Shown: positions 1 to 11,613 of the stretch, piece by piece
Layout: each line of letters starts with the position of its first letter
How positions within the stretch are numbered: position 1 is the stretch's first letter
Source: Aquificota bacterium
Lineage (GTDB): Bacteria > Aquificota > Aquificia > Aquificales > QOAS01
NCBI GenBank assembly: GCA_013154305.1
Contig: JAADCT010000044.1
Coordinates: 1 to 49,411 of the forward strand
Length of the DNA stretch: 49,411 nucleotides
Direction: 5' to 3'
Translations under genes and position numbers: made by a program
Notes under the pieces: model-generated
What the model was told of the DNA's origin: nothing
Seen by the model: only the letters and a program-made list of their open reading frames with translations
Databases searched by the model: none

Positions 1-359
1 CCGTCGAGCTTTTCGTAAACTTCGAGAAGTTTCAAACCTTTGAGGTTTTGAAGTTTGTATTCCTCGCACTCTCCGAGGTTAAAAAACTTGTGGAGTGACA
101 AAAAGTGTTTCGTTTCCCCTTCGGGGGTTTTTACGAAGGTCAGTCCCCTCAGTTCGTGGGCGTTTAACTTTTCAAACGCCTCGCAGGGGGCGTTTAGGTA
201 GGAGTAAACCTCAAGGGCGGCGTTTTCCACCCGAAAGGTTTTCTTGAAGAATTCCCCGCTTTGGGAAACCACTCCGTCGGCAAACCTTTTGAGGTTTTCG
301 GCGGGGCTTTCCCCTTCGGGGGTCAGTTTTTTGAAAAACTCCCGCGGTCGGTAGGGCAT
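1..359 (-). CDS. T4 Rnl1-family RNA ligase, N-terminal ~119 codons (gene runs off the left edge of the window)
   Basis: My own minus-strand translation from ATG 359..357 gives MPYRPREFFKKLTPEGE...NAHELRGLTFVKTPEGETKHFLSLHKFFNLGECEEYKLQNLKGLKLLEVYEKLDG with no stop down to position 1. The pattern RG(I/L)xF...KFFNLxE followed by a KxDG motif I (EKLDG) matches the N-terminus of T4 RNA ligase 1 as I remember it. It is absent from the ORF track because it is open-ended. Confidence 0.55.
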   Translation of the reverse strand, partial: MPYRPREFFKKLTPEGESPAENLKRFADGVVSQSGEFFKKTFRVENAALEVYSYLNAPCEAFEKLNAHELRGLTFVKTPEGETKHFLSLHKFFNLGECEEYKLQNLKGLKLLEVYEKLD

Positions 360-483
360 CGCATTAACGACAAGTTAGGCGTTCGGTCGAAACGAACAAC
401 CTTCCGAGGGGGACGAAGTTGGGGCTTTGCGGCGAGGTCGTTTCCCCTCGGCGGGGGAAAAGTGCGTTTTAAATTTGTCTACT

Positions 484-1965
484 ATGGAACTGAGGAGCTG
501 GAGCGGCGAGTGGTCCAACTTCCAAGGGGACGCGGTGGTCCTCTTTACCTTTGAGGGTGAACTGGACAAGCTCCCCGAGGAGGTTGAAAAGCTCGTCAAA
601 CCCTTTGCGGAGGACGCCGACTTCAAGGCCAAAAAGGGTGAGATTCTGAAGGTCCCCGTTTTGGGAAAACCCTTTAAGAGGATTTACCTGGTCGGTCTCG
701 GAAAGAGGGAAAAGCTCTCCTCGGAGGTGGTCCGGGAGGTTGCCGCCAAGGCGGCCAAGCGACTGCGGGACGACAAAAACGAGAAGGTGCTCTTCGTGTC
801 GGACCAAAACTTGGGCGAGAGGGCCCTGGCCGAGGGCGTAGTTTTGGGCACCTACCGCTTCGACCGCTACAAGTCCAAAAAAGAAGAGGAAGGGAAAAAG
901 GAACTTAAACAGGTTTTCGTTGGCGGGGCCGACGAGCGGGAGCTTCTCGTCGGAAAAATTTTGGGCGAGGCGCAAAACTTTACGCGCGACCTGGTAAACA
1001 CCCCGCCCAACGAGATAAACCCGGAAACCTTCGCCGAGGTGGCCAAAAAGCTGGCCGAGGAATACGGTTTTGAGGTGGAGGTAAAGGACCCCGAATGGGT
1101 CAAGGAAAACATGCCCGGCCTTTGGGCGGTCGGTAAAGGAAGCGCCACCAAACCGAGGTTCGTCCACCTCGTTTACCGACCTAATAAGGGGGCCGACAAA
1201 AAGGTGGCCTTCGTGGGCAAGGGTCTCACCTTCGACAGCGGCGGCCTCAACATCAAACCCGAACAGTTCATGCGGACGATGAAGATGGACAAGTCGGGGG
1301 CCTGCGCCGTTTTGGGCATCTTCAAGGCCCTGGGAGAGCTTAAAAAGCGGGGTCTGGCGCCCGCGGTTGAGGTCCACGGCTTTGTGGGCGCGGCCGAAAA
1401 CATGCCCGACGGAAACGCCTACCGCCCCGACGACGTCATCAAAATGAGAAACGGAAAAACGGTCGAGGTTGCCAACACCGACGCCGAGGGCCGCATTACG
1501 CTGGGCGACGTACTCGCCTACGCCAGCGAGCTGGGCCCCGACTGCATCGTTGACATGGCGACCTTGACGGGCGCGTGCGTCGTCGCCCTGGGCGAATACA
1601 CCGCCGGAATTTTCGGAAACGACCAGGAGTTCGTCAACGAGTACCTGAAGCTCTCCAAAGAGAGCGGCGAAAGGATGTGGCAGTTGCCGCTCGACGACGA
1701 GCTTTTGAGGGAGGAAATTAAAAGCGATGTTGCCGACATCTCCAACCTCGGAAAGAGCCGCTACGGCGGCGCCATAACGGCGGCCATGTTCCTTGAGGAG
1801 TTCGTGGGCGAGAAGGACGGAAAGAAAATACCCTGGATTCACATCGACATAGCCGGACCCGCCTGGGCCAGAAAGCCCTACAAGTGGAACCCGCAGTCGG
1901 GCGGAACGGGCTTCGGCGTCAGGACCGCCCTCTACTTCCTCCTCAAAGAGGACCAAAACTCCTGA
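484..1965 (+). CDS. pepA: Leucyl aminopeptidase (peptidase M17)
   Basis: M17 signatures VGKGLTFDSGGLNIKP and NTDAEGRITLGD are present. The start is moved from 427 to ATG 484 (MELRSW...) because 427-483 lies in the divergent intergenic region. Confidence 0.9.
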   Translation: MELRSWSGEWSNFQGDAVVLFTFEGELDKLPEEVEKLVKPFAEDADFKAKKGEILKVPVLGKPFKRIYLVGLGKREKLSSEVVREVAAKAAKRLRDDKNEKVLFVSDQNLGERALAEGVVLGTYRFDRYKSKKEEEGKKELKQVFVGGADERELLVGKILGEAQNFTRDLVNTPPNEINPETFAEVAKKLAEEYGFEVEVKDPEWVKENMPGLWAVGKGSATKPRFVHLVYRPNKGADKKVAFVGKGLTFDSGGLNIKPEQFMRTMKMDKSGACAVLGIFKALGELKKRGLAPAVEVHGFVGAAENMPDGNAYRPDDVIKMRNGKTVEVANTDAEGRITLGDVLAYASELGPDCIVDMATLTGACVVALGEYTAGIFGNDQEFVNEYLKLSKESGERMWQLPLDDELLREEIKSDVADISNLGKSRYGGAITAAMFLEEFVGEKDGKKIPWIHIDIAGPAWARKPYKWNPQSGGTGFGVRTALYFLLKEDQNS

Positions 1966-1972
1966 GACCCTT

Positions 1973-2368
1973 TTAGGTTTCGCCCTTTCGCTTTACCTCC
2001 TCCAGTTCGTAGAGGTAGACCCTCGAAAGGTCGGCGAAGGGAACCGACCCCGCCAGGAACCTCATTTCAAACTCCACCAAAGGACTTTCCAGGAGGGAAA
2101 AGCCGACGATGCGGTAAGAAACCGAGGGGTCGAGACCTTTCGAATAGGCCAGCCGGAAGAAGACGCTCAGCTCGTAACCCTCCAGGGGCGGAACCTCCGG
2201 CTCGGCCGGCGGCAGGGGAAAGGAGAGGGGATTTTCGCACCTTTTGAGGAGCTCTACCTCCCTCTTTGCCAGGTTCTTGACTATCGGTTTGGGTTTAAAG
2301 AGACGGGGAACCTTCGAGGAAATAAGGCCGAAGCGGTCCTCGACCAGGAGCTGAAACCTCTTTCCCAT
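1973..2368 (-). CDS. Hypothetical protein (131 aa)
   Basis: This is the distal part of the 272-aa minus ORF, starting at the internal ATG 2368 (MGKRFQLLVEDRF...). Codon usage here (GAG/AAG/CTC/GAC) looks like the confirmed genes. The upstream part of the long ORF looks like a shadow of the plus-strand gene 2396..2764. I recognise no family. Confidence 0.45.
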   Translation of the reverse strand: MGKRFQLLVEDRFGLISSKVPRLFKPKPIVKNLAKREVELLKRCENPLSFPLPPAEPEVPPLEGYELSVFFRLAYSKGLDPSVSYRIVGFSLLESPLVEFEMRFLAGSVPFADLSRVYLYELEEVKRKGET

Positions 2369-2395
2369 CGGGGGAACTTTAAACTTACCACTTTC

Positions 2396-2764
2396 ATGGT
2401 CGGCGAAAAAATCGAAAAACTCTACGCGGTGTACCTGATACCCTTTACCGCCGACGAGAGCTATTCGCTCATTCTCATTTACCGCCCCGAGGGGGAAAAC
2501 TTTTACAAGGCCCTCTTTTTGACCAAGAGCCTCGAAACCGGGGAGGAGCACAAAAACCTCCTCAAACTGGACAAAAGTCAGTTCGACGAAAAGCAGGCGG
2601 TGGAGGTCTTCGACTTTACCGTAAAGGACCTCTTTCGGAGGGAAATTCAGTCGATAGACCCCGGGGCCAAACTTATAGAGCTCAAGTTTGAGGACCCCTC
2701 GAGGGTCGAGTACAACCTTTCCCAGGTCAGGGAGCTTTTGAAAAAGGCCGGCTTCGCCGACTGA
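2396..2764 (+). CDS. Hypothetical protein (122 aa)
   Basis: The ORF MVGEKIEKLYAVYLIPFTADES...SQVRELLKKAGFAD has K/E-rich composition and C/G-ending codons like neighbouring real genes. It lies 34 nt upstream of hpf on the same strand. I recognise no family. Confidence 0.55.
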   Translation: MVGEKIEKLYAVYLIPFTADESYSLILIYRPEGENFYKALFLTKSLETGEEHKNLLKLDKSQFDEKQAVEVFDFTVKDLFRREIQSIDPGAKLIELKFEDPSRVEYNLSQVRELLKKAGFAD

Positions 2765-2798
2765 ACTTTTCAAAACTTTCCCTAATTTCAACTTTTAG

Positions 2799-3389
2799 AT
2801 GAAGCTCAACCTCGTTGGGCAGGGCGTCGAAATTACCGACGCCATAAGGTCCTACTTTGAAAAGAAGCTCGGCCGGCTCGAGCGCCTCTTTAAAGGTCTC
2901 GTTCCCGAGGAGGTGGAACTGCGTGCCGCCTTTAAAAAGGAGAGGGCCGAATACCGCGTCGAGGTGGACCTCTTCGTGGGTCAAAGGGGCGAAAAGGTCC
3001 ACGTTTGGGACGCCGACCCCGACCTTTACGCGGCCGTCGACAAGGTAATCGACGAACTGGAGAGGGTCCTCGTAAAGGACAAGGAAAAGGCCAAGGCCGA
3101 AAGGAGGACCCTGAGGAGGGAGAAACTCCGCCGCGCCGAAGGCGAACTCGGGCCCGCCGCCGAACCGGCGCCGCGGCCGCCCGTGGAAGAGGAACTTCTG
3201 GCGGTCGAAAAGCCGATGTCGGTCGAGGACGCCCTCCTCGAACTGGAGGAGAAAAACCTTCAGTTTTTGCCCTTCGTGGAGGTTTCCGGCGGCGAGCTGT
3301 GCATCCTCTACCGAAAGAAGGCGGGAAACTACGGTCTGATAAGGACCGGATGCCGCTCGGGGCTAAAGGATACGCCCTTCGGGACCTAA
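2799..3389 (+). CDS. hpf: Ribosome hibernation promoting factor, long form (RaiA/HPF family)
   Basis: The N-terminus MKLNLVGQGVEITDAIRSYFEKKLGRLERLF is typical of sigma-54 modulation protein/HPF. It is followed by a Pro/Ala linker and a C-terminal dimerisation-domain-like segment (EKPMSVEDALLELEEKNLQFLPFV...ILYRKKAGNYGLI). Confidence 0.9.
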   Translation: MKLNLVGQGVEITDAIRSYFEKKLGRLERLFKGLVPEEVELRAAFKKERAEYRVEVDLFVGQRGEKVHVWDADPDLYAAVDKVIDELERVLVKDKEKAKAERRTLRREKLRRAEGELGPAAEPAPRPPVEEELLAVEKPMSVEDALLELEEKNLQFLPFVEVSGGELCILYRKKAGNYGLIRTGCRSGLKDTPFGT

Positions 3390-3431
3390 AGACGGACGGG
3401 CCGCGGGCCCGCCGAACATAATTTGTTTCTC

Positions 3432-4091
3432 ATGGATAGGGAATTGATAATGCTCGAAGACCTCCGCATTTTGGCGGCGGAGGTCAACGACATAATCTTT
3501 ACGCTCCGCGACCGCTTCAATCCGACCCTTCTCAGGGACGAGCTGGAGGGCATCATCGCCCGGCGGATGCTCTCTTTGGAGGTCGACCGAATAAGGGAGG
3601 CCGAGCACGACGGAAAGGTCCTTTACGAGATTACCTTTAAAAACCTGCGCCACCGCCTCCACGTTCCCAAACAGGACACCCCCCTCGAGGAGTATCAAAA
3701 GCTCGTTCGCAAACTCCACGAGGAGTTTTTCGAGTCCAAGGTCGCAAAGCGCTACTACCTGCTCGACGCGCCCAAACGCTGGCTCTTTCTGCTGGAGGAG
3801 GACGCCGGCGACATCGCCCGCGGCTACTGCGAGGTGGTCCGCTTTACCACCGACCTTCAGGAGGAATACGACCGCTGTAAAAACTGCCTCCAGCGGACCC
3901 TCGGCAAAAAACCGGCCGAGGAGTGGGAGGTCGTCCTCAAGTCGATAGACGAGGACAAACCCTTGGAACCCTTCGTCGAGCCCTGCATGGCCCCCTGCGA
4001 GCTCATCGACCTGGTGGCGGAGGTCGAAAACCTCTTCGACCTGACCATCGACACCGAGCTCAAAAAGGCCTACCGCAAACTCTTCGGTTAA
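3432..4091 (+). CDS. Hypothetical protein (~219 aa)
   Basis: The ORF track gives 3423..4091 with a TTG start. I prefer ATG 3432 because a CATAAT box (3417..3422) sits 9 nt upstream. The product is acidic and helical, with CKNC and CMAPC cysteine pairs. I recognise no family. Confidence 0.6.
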   Translation: MDRELIMLEDLRILAAEVNDIIFTLRDRFNPTLLRDELEGIIARRMLSLEVDRIREAEHDGKVLYEITFKNLRHRLHVPKQDTPLEEYQKLVRKLHEEFFESKVAKRYYLLDAPKRWLFLLEEDAGDIARGYCEVVRFTTDLQEEYDRCKNCLQRTLGKKPAEEWEVVLKSIDEDKPLEPFVEPCMAPCELIDLVAEVENLFDLTIDTELKKAYRKLFG

Positions 4092-4098
4092 GAAGACG

Positions 4099-5391
4099 AT
4101 GAAAATCCCCCCGAGGGACCTTTTTCTTCTGACCCTTTCGGGTCTCTACTTTTTCGTCTTCGGGAATTGGATACTCTCCCTGACTTCACCCGACGAAGGA
4201 CGAAACGCCTACGCCGCCCTCCACATGTTGGAGACGGGAAACTTCCTCGTTCCCTACTACAACTGCGAATACCGCTTTGCCAAGCCGCCGCTCCTTTACT
4301 GGCTTACGGCGCTCTCTTTTTCGCTCTTTGGGGTTAACGAGTTTGCCGCCCGTCTCGTTTCGGGGCTGGCGGCGCTGGGAACGGCCCTTTTGGTCTACCT
4401 GCTGGTCAGGGACTTCGTTTCGAGGGAAAGGGCCCTTACGGGGGCGCTGGTTTTTACCCTCTTGGTGCACACCTGGTTTGAGGCGCGGGCGCTGGTTCCC
4501 GAAATGCTTCTGGTCTTTTTTTCGACCCTCGGGGTCTACCTCTTTTTAAAGGGGCGGAAGGTTTGGGGCTGGGCCGCCCTGGGGCTGGCCTTTTTGACCA
4601 AGGGCCCGGTGGGCGTGGGCCTTCCCCTTTTGGTCCTCTTCTTTTGGAAACTGGCGCAACTGAGGAGGCCAAAAGAGACCCTTCTTTGGACGCTCCGCCT
4701 CCTCGACCCGAAGGGGATTTTGGTCTTTTTACTCGTCGGCTTTTGGTGGTACGCGGCGATGCTCCACCACTTCGGATGGGAATACTTTTACCGCTTCTTC
4801 GTTTGGGAAAACCTTGGCCGCCTTACGGGAAAGCTCTCGGAGCACAACTACCCCCTTTGGTACTACCTCCCCTTTTTGCTCCTTTCGACGGTCCTCTTTT
4901 GGCCCGTCCTTTACGGGGCCGTAAGGAAGGTAAAGGAAAACCTCCCGCCCTTTGCCTGGTTTACCGCGGTGTTTGCCTTTTACACCCTTGCCCGGAGCAA
5001 ACTCCACCACTACCTGCTCTTTTCCTATCCCGGGTTGGCCGCCTTTTTGGCCCCCTTCGTCGGGAGGGGATACCTGCGGGCGGCCGCCCTTTCGGGCGTC
5101 CTCCTTTTGGCGCTCCTCCTTTTGGGGGCAAAGGCCTACGAGGAGCAGAGGTTTACGCCGAAGGCCGTTTCGGTCCTGAAGGAGGAGAAACCCGAAAGGC
5201 TTTACTTTTATCGGGTCGAGAATTCGGCCCTCGTTTTTTACCTCTATCGGTGCATACCCTTTTTGGAGAGGCCCTCGGAGGCCGAACCGGGCAGTTGGAT
5301 TGTTACCGACGAAAAGGGTCTAAGGGCTTTTAAAAACTACGAAGTGGTGGTAAAGGGAAGGGAATTCGAAGGGGAGCAATTTTTAATCGTT

Positions 5392-5409
<18 letters not shown>
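4099..5409 (+). CDS. Polytopic membrane glycosyltransferase, family 39 (ArnT / PMT-like)
   Basis: The N-terminal pattern SPDEGRNAYAALHMLETGNFLVPYYNCEYRFAKPPLLYWLTALSFSLFG is followed by about 10 hydrophobic segments, typical of ArnT/PMT_2-type lipid-linked sugar transferases. Confidence 0.8.
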
Positions 5410-9654
<4,245 letters not shown>

Positions 9655-9788
9655 TTTGGTTTCACCTCTCTCCGCCATTTTTAAGATTTAAAATTATCCC
9701 GTTGGGGCCGAAGCTCCGGGCGGCCGCCCGCCGAAAGGTTGAAACTCAAACTTTTCCCGAAAAGGTTCGAAGAAAGAGAGGACCCCTT

Positions 9789-10184
9789 TTAGGGCAGAAA
9801 GTCGATTTCCCTCAGGCGGTCGAGGTAGGCCTCGACGCTGCCGTATTCGGTCGAACCGACGCAGTAGGTGTCGGCCGAAACGTAAAAAACCTTTCGGGTG
9901 CCGTCTTTAAAAACGACCTCCACCTGGAGGAGGTCCCCCTCCTTCCCCAGGACCCTGAGGCGGTCTATCTTTTCAAAGGGAACCTTTACGTCGAGGGCAC
10001 CGTCCTTAAAAACAAAGTAAGTTCGACCCTCGCAAACGAGGGCGCTGACCTCGTGAACCTTTCCCGTCTCGTCGACGAGACGGGCGGGAACGACCGTAGA
10101 AACCTCCGGCTGACCGCCCATCGAAAAGGCCAAAAGCGGAAGGGCCGCAAAAAGGGCCCTCAGGTCAAACCGCATAAGGCCCAA
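9789..10184 (-). CDS. Hypothetical exported protein (131 aa)
   Basis: There is an N-terminal signal-peptide-like segment (RFDLRALFAALPLLAFSMGG), and the rest is predicted to be beta-rich. I recognise no family. Confidence 0.5.
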   Translation of the reverse strand: MGLMRFDLRALFAALPLLAFSMGGQPEVSTVVPARLVDETGKVHEVSALVCEGRTYFVFKDGALDVKVPFEKIDRLRVLGKEGDLLQVEVVFKDGTRKVFYVSADTYCVGSTEYGSVEAYLDRLREIDFLP

Positions 10185-10201
10185 TTATTTCACAAAAGTT
10201 T

Positions 10202-11512
10202 TTAAGAGAGGAGCTCCTGAATTACCTCCCTCACCAGCGGCTCGGCCACCTCCCTTACGACCTCGCGGACGGTGGCGTCGGAAACCTTTTCGCCCAAAAC
10301 CTCCCGAACCAGCTCCTTGAGGTAGGCCTCGCTGAGCTTGGAGCGGACCAGTTCCTCAATCAGGGGCAAAAGTTTTTCGTTTATCTTCTGCTCGACCAAC
10401 CGTTCGACGAGCTCTTCGTCGACGGGGGCGGGCCGGGCCGCGGCGGGGGCGGCCGGCGGCGTTGCCGGCGCCGCGGGAGCCGCGGGGGGAGGGGTTACCT
10501 CCTCGACCCTCTCCTCCTTCGGCGGGGCCTGTTTTACCGCCTCGGGTTTTACCTCCTCGCGCTTTTCCTCAACCGGCGGAGGGGGCGGCGGAGCGGCTTC
10601 GACCGGCGGGGCGGCCTGCTCGAGGGCCTTTTCGAAGGTAACGTGGGGTGCGCTTTCTATTATTTCCGGAAGGAGGTCGAGCTCGCTTTCCCTCTTTATG
10701 GCCCTCAGATTTTTGACCGGCAGTTTGTCCACGTCGATGGGAAGCATCTCGTCGAGAAGGACCACGTAGAGGGTGTCCTTGTAGCCGCCCTTCTCGTAGA
10801 GGTCCTTAATGCCCTTTTCGGCGAAGACGCCCGAAATGGTGTCGAAAATAATGACGTCAAAGGGCTGACCTTTGTACTTTTGGAGCGCCTGCTTGGCGCT
10901 GCGGGCGACCAAAAGCTCGCAGCGGTCGCCGATAATCCGTTCGATTTTTTCCACCAAAGGCATGTCGAAGGAGACCAGAAGACAGCGCTTTTTCAGCGGC
11001 AGGCTTTCGGGCGGCGGCGGTGCGCTCTCTTGAACCGCCGGGGCGGCCTCCTCGACCTTTTTCTCCTCGGTACCCTCCTGCTTTAAAAGTTCGTCCCAGG
11101 AAGTTTCGGCGGGGGCCGCCTTTTCGGTTTCCGCGGCGGGGGCGGCCGCGGGTGCCTCGGCCGGCTTTTCCTCCAGGAGTTCCTTGACCAATTCGGGCAG
11201 CCGCTCGACCTCCACCTCCCTCGAAATTACGCGCTTTTTGGGGGGCTTGAGGTTGTTGGGGTCAATCGGAAAGAGGTCGTCCATAAGAATGATGTAGGGA
11301 ACGTCCTTAAAGCCCTCATCGTAGAGGCGGTTTATGTCCTCCTCCGCTATTCCGCCCGCCAGGGCGTCGTATATAATGAGCCCGACCTCCGAACCCACGT
11401 TCATAAGGAGGGCTTCTTCCCCGTTTTTGGCGACGATAATTTGATAATCCTTAAGCAAGTTTCTGATTTTTTCCTCCATTTCTTTGTCGAAAGTGATGAG
11501 CAAAATCTTCAT
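10202..11512 (-). CDS. Tandem receiver(CheY)-like domain protein with Pro/Ala-rich linkers and a helical VREV-repeat C-terminus
   Basis: There is an internal duplication: residues ~5-117 (KILLITFD...GLIIYDALAGG...PYIILMDD...LPELVKEL) versus ~178-289 (RCLLVSFD...DVIIFDTISGV...LYVVLLDE...LPEIIES). The start is set at ATG 11512, preceded by AAGGAGGTG with a 6-nt spacer. Confidence 0.7.
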   Translation of the reverse strand: MKILLITFDKEMEEKIRNLLKDYQIIVAKNGEEALLMNVGSEVGLIIYDALAGGIAEEDINRLYDEGFKDVPYIILMDDLFPIDPNNLKPPKKRVISREVEVERLPELVKELLEEKPAEAPAAAPAAETEKAAPAETSWDELLKQEGTEEKKVEEAAPAVQESAPPPPESLPLKKRCLLVSFDMPLVEKIERIIGDRCELLVARSAKQALQKYKGQPFDVIIFDTISGVFAEKGIKDLYEKGGYKDTLYVVLLDEMLPIDVDKLPVKNLRAIKRESELDLLPEIIESAPHVTFEKALEQAAPPVEAAPPPPPPVEEKREEVKPEAVKQAPPKEERVEEVTPPPAAPAAPATPPAAPAAARPAPVDEELVERLVEQKINEKLLPLIEELVRSKLSEAYLKELVREVLGEKVSDATVREVVREVAEPLVREVIQELLS

Positions 11513-11613
11513 AGAACGCACCTCCTTAAGGTCAAAAGGATAACAGGGTGCCTGACGGAGGTCGCAAAGTTATCCGCCCCTTCCGGAGGGTTCTACTATC
11601 CTCTTACCTTTTG

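Noticed and set aside
469-1956. Very long antisense ORFs opposite confirmed genes. Examples: 469..1956 (-), 5437..6183 (+), 7546..9684 (+), 15505..16476 (-), 22420..23610 (-), 30357..31658 (-), 33982..35058 (-), 34911..35975 (+), 37785..39173 (-) and 47379..48539 (-).
   Set aside because: Each lies opposite a gene with unmistakable family motifs (pepA, PDO, pnp, folC, clpC, thyX-like/thpR, mtnP, tldD, pilin-like/mqnA, aroA). Their products are Arg/Gly/Leu/Val/Pro-rich with no recognisable motifs. This is the expected stop-poor shadow frame of GC-biased codon usage.
9718-9729. GGGCGGCCGCCC palindrome (contains a NotI site) as a stand-alone feature.
   Set aside because: On its own it is just a 12-bp GC palindrome. 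It is reported only as one member of the GC-palindrome family upstream of start codons.
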